Assembly (NCBI GenBank): GCA_010093815.1 | Contig: ML996567.1 | Source: Pseudovirgaria hyperparasitica | Lineage: Eukaryota | Reading direction: 5' to 3' (one strand) | DNA length: 64,000 nt | Shown: positions 60,268 through 64,000 of the stretch, in pieces | Position numbering within the stretch: the first letter of the stretch is position 1 | How the letters are laid out: every line of letters begins with the position of its first letter | Translations under genes and position numbers: made by a program | Notes under the pieces: model-generated | Database searches by the model: none | What the model was told of the DNA's origin: nothing | The model's input: only the letters and a program-made list of their open reading frames with translations

Positions 60268-60767
60268 TCATATCATCTCTCTATGATGTGACGCATACAG
60301 CTGCTACGTCTTCCAAGCTCTGTACGACCTGTGCGTGGCTTGTCAATCCAACCCTGCATGTAATTATGCCTACAAGACCTGGCAACGACGAGATCTTCCA
60401 TCGTCAATAACGGCTATGCTTGCTGCTGCCTATAATCACAATCCGATCACTATCAGAGTTGCACACATCCTATGCGCCATCACAAGTTCACAACTGTCCT
60501 TCCCGAATGGCCAAGACCCGTCGCTTATCTTTGCCAATGAGAGGCCATGTTACCGGGAACGGTCAAGCCTGAACTTGGAATTTATCTTGCTTTTCTCCGA
60601 TTCTTTTTCTTACCGCCTTGTGTCTTCCTATCAGATCAAACAGTAGACGACCCTGGCTCGCGCCAACAGCTCCCTCTGCCTATTTCATTCAATTCGTTGT
60701 CGAAAACAACCCGATGCATGCAACCGACTATCTACATGCACTCATCTTGAAAATTATTTGGCACCTC

Positions 60768-62108
60768 TCATGAATGCATCAGTCGTAGGCATTTGATTAG
60801 ATCGCCAGTCACCCCCATTGCAGTCACATCGCCACCTGCCCTGCGAGGAGTAAGTGTCAAGTTTCGGTGCTAGAGTCTCGGCTCTTGATTTATCACTTAC
60901 CCAGCGCCTTGAATGATCAAAGGGTTCTCCCCATACCGCGCGGTATAGAAGCTAATGATGTTGTCACTACCCTTGAGTGCTGCGATTGGGTGTGATGCGT
61001 CAAATCTGGTGAGGGTGTCGTCAGCCTCCTGCGTTCCTTCCTCAGCAGCGGTGGAAATACTTCTCTAAGCCAACCTTTACCTCTTTCTTGCCGACGTCGA
61101 TACTTCCAACGAACCTGACAACCTTACCCTCAGCTGCAGCTTCTTTCTTCAATTTCTCCATTTCCCCGTCATATTCACCCAGCTTTTGCATAAACTCGTC
61201 CCCAGTCTTGCACGATTCCAATGCTGTTGGGATCAAGCTTTGAACAGGGAAGCTTGTGGGACTTTCCACAGGTAGGCCAGCTAGACGAGCGAGGATGGTC
61301 AGTTTGCGTGCCACATCTAAGCCATTCAGATCATCGCGGGGATCAGGCTCAGTGTATCCCAAATCCTTGGCCTTCTTCACTTCGGCGGAAAATGATCCAC
61401 CGCCTCCGCCAACGGGCATGAAACTATTGAAAAGGAAGCTCATAGTGCCCGAGAAAACACCTTCAATCTTCCGCACCTCGTCTCCTGTCTCGACAAGCTC
61501 CTTCAGCGTCGAGATGACCGGAAGCCCGGCGCCAACACTGCTCTCGTGATAGATCCAACCACCCTTCCCATCCCCATTTCTCGCTGAAGCATATATATCC
61601 TTCCACAACGCATAGCTACTCGAAAATGCCTTCTTGTTAGGCGTGACAATGCTAATGCCTTGCTTCAGAAAGGAGGGATAGCTGTCCGCCCACTCCTGGT
61701 TGCTTGTATTGTCAATCAATACCACAGGCTCATCCGCCTTAGCCAGAAACTCCAGCACATCGGCGGGACTCTTCGCCGACGTGCTGGAAGTCTGTAGCTG
61801 CTCTTCCCAAGTGCTCAGACTGAGCGGCTGGTACGTGGGGCTGTAAATCAGCTTCTTACTGGTGGAAAGCAATACCAGCGAGAAGTATGTAGGTGCAGCG
61901 TGCGATTGCGACAGTCGTGATGCCAGCGTCTTCAATTGCGTCAGAAAGCACTTCCCGACTCCTCCCGCGCCTATATCAAGTCAAGTCAGTGGACCTGTTT
62001 CATAACAAGAGCATTCGGGATGGAGGGTTCGGGCTGCAAACATGCAGGTTTGCGGAGTGAGACCGGCGTACCTATGACGGCAATGAATATCTGCCGGGGT
62101 CCTGGCAT
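60768..62108 (-). CDS. HOM6: Homoserine dehydrogenase, 4 exons: 62108-62072, 61970-61061, 61005-60901, 60840-60768 (374 aa)
   Basis: Spliced IAVIGAGGVG; VLIDNTS; IVTPNKKAFS; HESSVGAGLPVI; EGVFSGTMS; GYTEPDPRDDLNGLDVARKLTILAR; LKGSDNII; IQGAGAGGDVTAMGV. Confidence 0.97.
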
Positions 62109-64000
62109 AGTGGTGAGTTTCCTGTCGTTGAGAGACTTTCGATTGGATCTTGAGTGGGTTTGTTGAGTGCAGAGTGCTGGCGTGATGTTTCTTTTATACG
62201 CTTGAACAAGAAAGTAGCAAGACCCTGGTTGGCAATGCTTGACCGATGATGAGGAGCAGGGGCAGGTGAGCTTGAAGTGCAATGTGTGGTGTTTTGGGCA
62301 GAAAAGATGTGATGATGGGAATGTATGTGGGATAGTGGGGTGGGTCCTGAGCTTGAGCTTGACCCCGCCTGCATCATCATCATGGTCCCCTCGTCCTCGA
62401 GAGCTGCCCACGAGCACCAGAATGGAAAAGGATTTCCCATATGACACCTGAGGCGCCGCGGTCGTACGGAAGTCTCCAGCAAACCTCAATCGTCTATCCT
62501 TCGCAGTACCTTCCGACCTGTAGTTGATCACCTAGCCCCGTTCTGGCACTATACAAACATCTCTATGACCCTCTCGACAACACCATCACCAGATGGCCAA
62601 AAATCCCGCACCATACCTTACTGTGTACTGCTCGATACATAGCCTCGAGCTGTTACAGCGGATACCGCACCGAAGAAGGGCCCTGCGTAACTGCTTACCG
62701 TCGCCTTGTCATCCCCCATGTTGACCAAGCACGAAATACACAGTCCCATTGGACAATGACAATTATCAGAGTGAACACCGACACCACGGACCTGCGCCGC
62801 CGGGATTCCAGCGGCACAGTATGACCATGTATAAGCTGTGAACAGATCAGCATCAACAGCAAATACACGGCTCTATGTGAGCGAATTTTAAATTGCATGA
62901 CCCCCAACAAAGTCTCCCATCTCTCTCTCGCAGTAAGTCTGACCCTTTTGGGAAACCGTCCTCCCAACAACACAAATCATCTAATGGCATTCGACAGAAC
63001 CTCGAATTGATCCGTTCGTATGGTGGCAAGATGTACGTCTTTCCGCTCAACACCCCACGTCTCGGCGTAACAGACCTCTTCGTCCGGCTCTCGCATGCTC
63101 GGTCATTAGTCGGCTGCATATACTCGCCACTCCTGCCCCCGCGAAAGGACATTCGAGGTTCCGCTGGTAGTGTTAGGACGATGAACTTATGGCGTTGGGG
63201 TTCTGCCGGCGGGTTTATGCAACGTGAGACTCTGGAGCATCGAGTATGCCCGAGCGAGAGGACTGCTAGATTGTGAGAGGGACGGTCCAGATAGACGGTA
63301 CATCTAATCCTGTATCAGCATGCATGCATGGCCTGAGTCATGTCTCTTGGCCGGAAAATGCTCTAATTATGACACGTGCTCGTGGGACCGAGATGCAGAC
63401 TGCTCGTGTCGGGGCATGGCGATGGTAGCAGGTGACCTATGACTATCTGATTAAGGGGCTATGGGATAAGATTAGCTGTATCGTAGTATTATCAAAAACT
63501 CAAGCTAGGTCTGATGCATGCACGTGTTCCCTTGGCTGTTCCAGAAAGATAATGCATGCGAATGCATACGTGCAGTCTATTCCCATCTATATATTCACCC
63601 GTGAGAGTGCCGGTGTGTATTTATCAGTATCAAGCGCGATTTAGATCTAGATAACCTTCTGAATGCACTCCTTTCTTCACACTTCCTTCCTTTCTACCAA
63701 CTCATGAAAGACCGGTCTTGTGTGATGGATAGATGGACATATCAGCACCCATGCTCCAGTCAACTGGCTGCTGTATAGTGTGACCGTTCATACTAAACAA
63801 CTCAACAAGACGTCCTCATGCTATAGAGAGGGAGATATTTTCCAGGCCGTCTCCCTGGCATACTGAATAGTCCCAACTTATCTGCCAAACCAACTCCCTC
63901 CCTCCCTTCACAAAACAGCGATAGTCCGGACCCCCTTGTAGTCGGCCCAGTCAGGAAGGTATAGCCGCCTGACTAGCCTTCAAAGCCCCAATGACCGTCA

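Noticed and set aside
1..64000. CRISPR arrays, rRNA, intact transposase/integrase or Starship captain genes
   Set aside because: None seen. The DNA is fungal, with no regularly spaced repeats and no DDE, reverse transcriptase or tyrosine recombinase motifs in the ORFs.

Overview
This is eukaryotic DNA from a filamentous ascomycete (Pezizomycotina, possibly Dothideomycetes). Evidence: short GT-AG introns with CTRAY branch sites, and a local repeat-induced point mutation (RIP) signature. I reconstructed about 22 protein-coding genes by hand; the spliced lengths of all multi-exon models are divisible by 3. The conserved housekeeping genes are a purine phosphoribosyltransferase, glycine decarboxylase P protein, a LITAF protein, pantothenate kinase, GDT1, a TRF-like Myb protein, guanine deaminase, ARP9, 3-hydroxybutyryl-CoA dehydrogenase, TOF1/Timeless and homoserine dehydrogenase. 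Accessory-looking genes lie between them: NmrA-like, amidase, a CorA-like membrane protein head-to-head with an AAA+ ATPase, a small Cys-containing secreted protein, a PD-(D/E)xK nuclease-like gene, a class II peroxidase, and an APH-like kinase next to a RIP-mutated relic. About 49.6-60.7 kb is gene-poor and microsatellite-rich around one small Cys-rich gene. The two most striking direct observations are: (1) a 60-nt in-frame duplicate of the LITAF gene's last 20 codons, diverged almost only synonymously, with a duplicated AG|GT proto-splice site; (2) a long, multi-hairpin first intron with a weak branch site in the purine salvage gene. I recognised no rRNA, tRNA, CRISPR array or intact transposase. 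All product calls come from motif recognition, not database searches.
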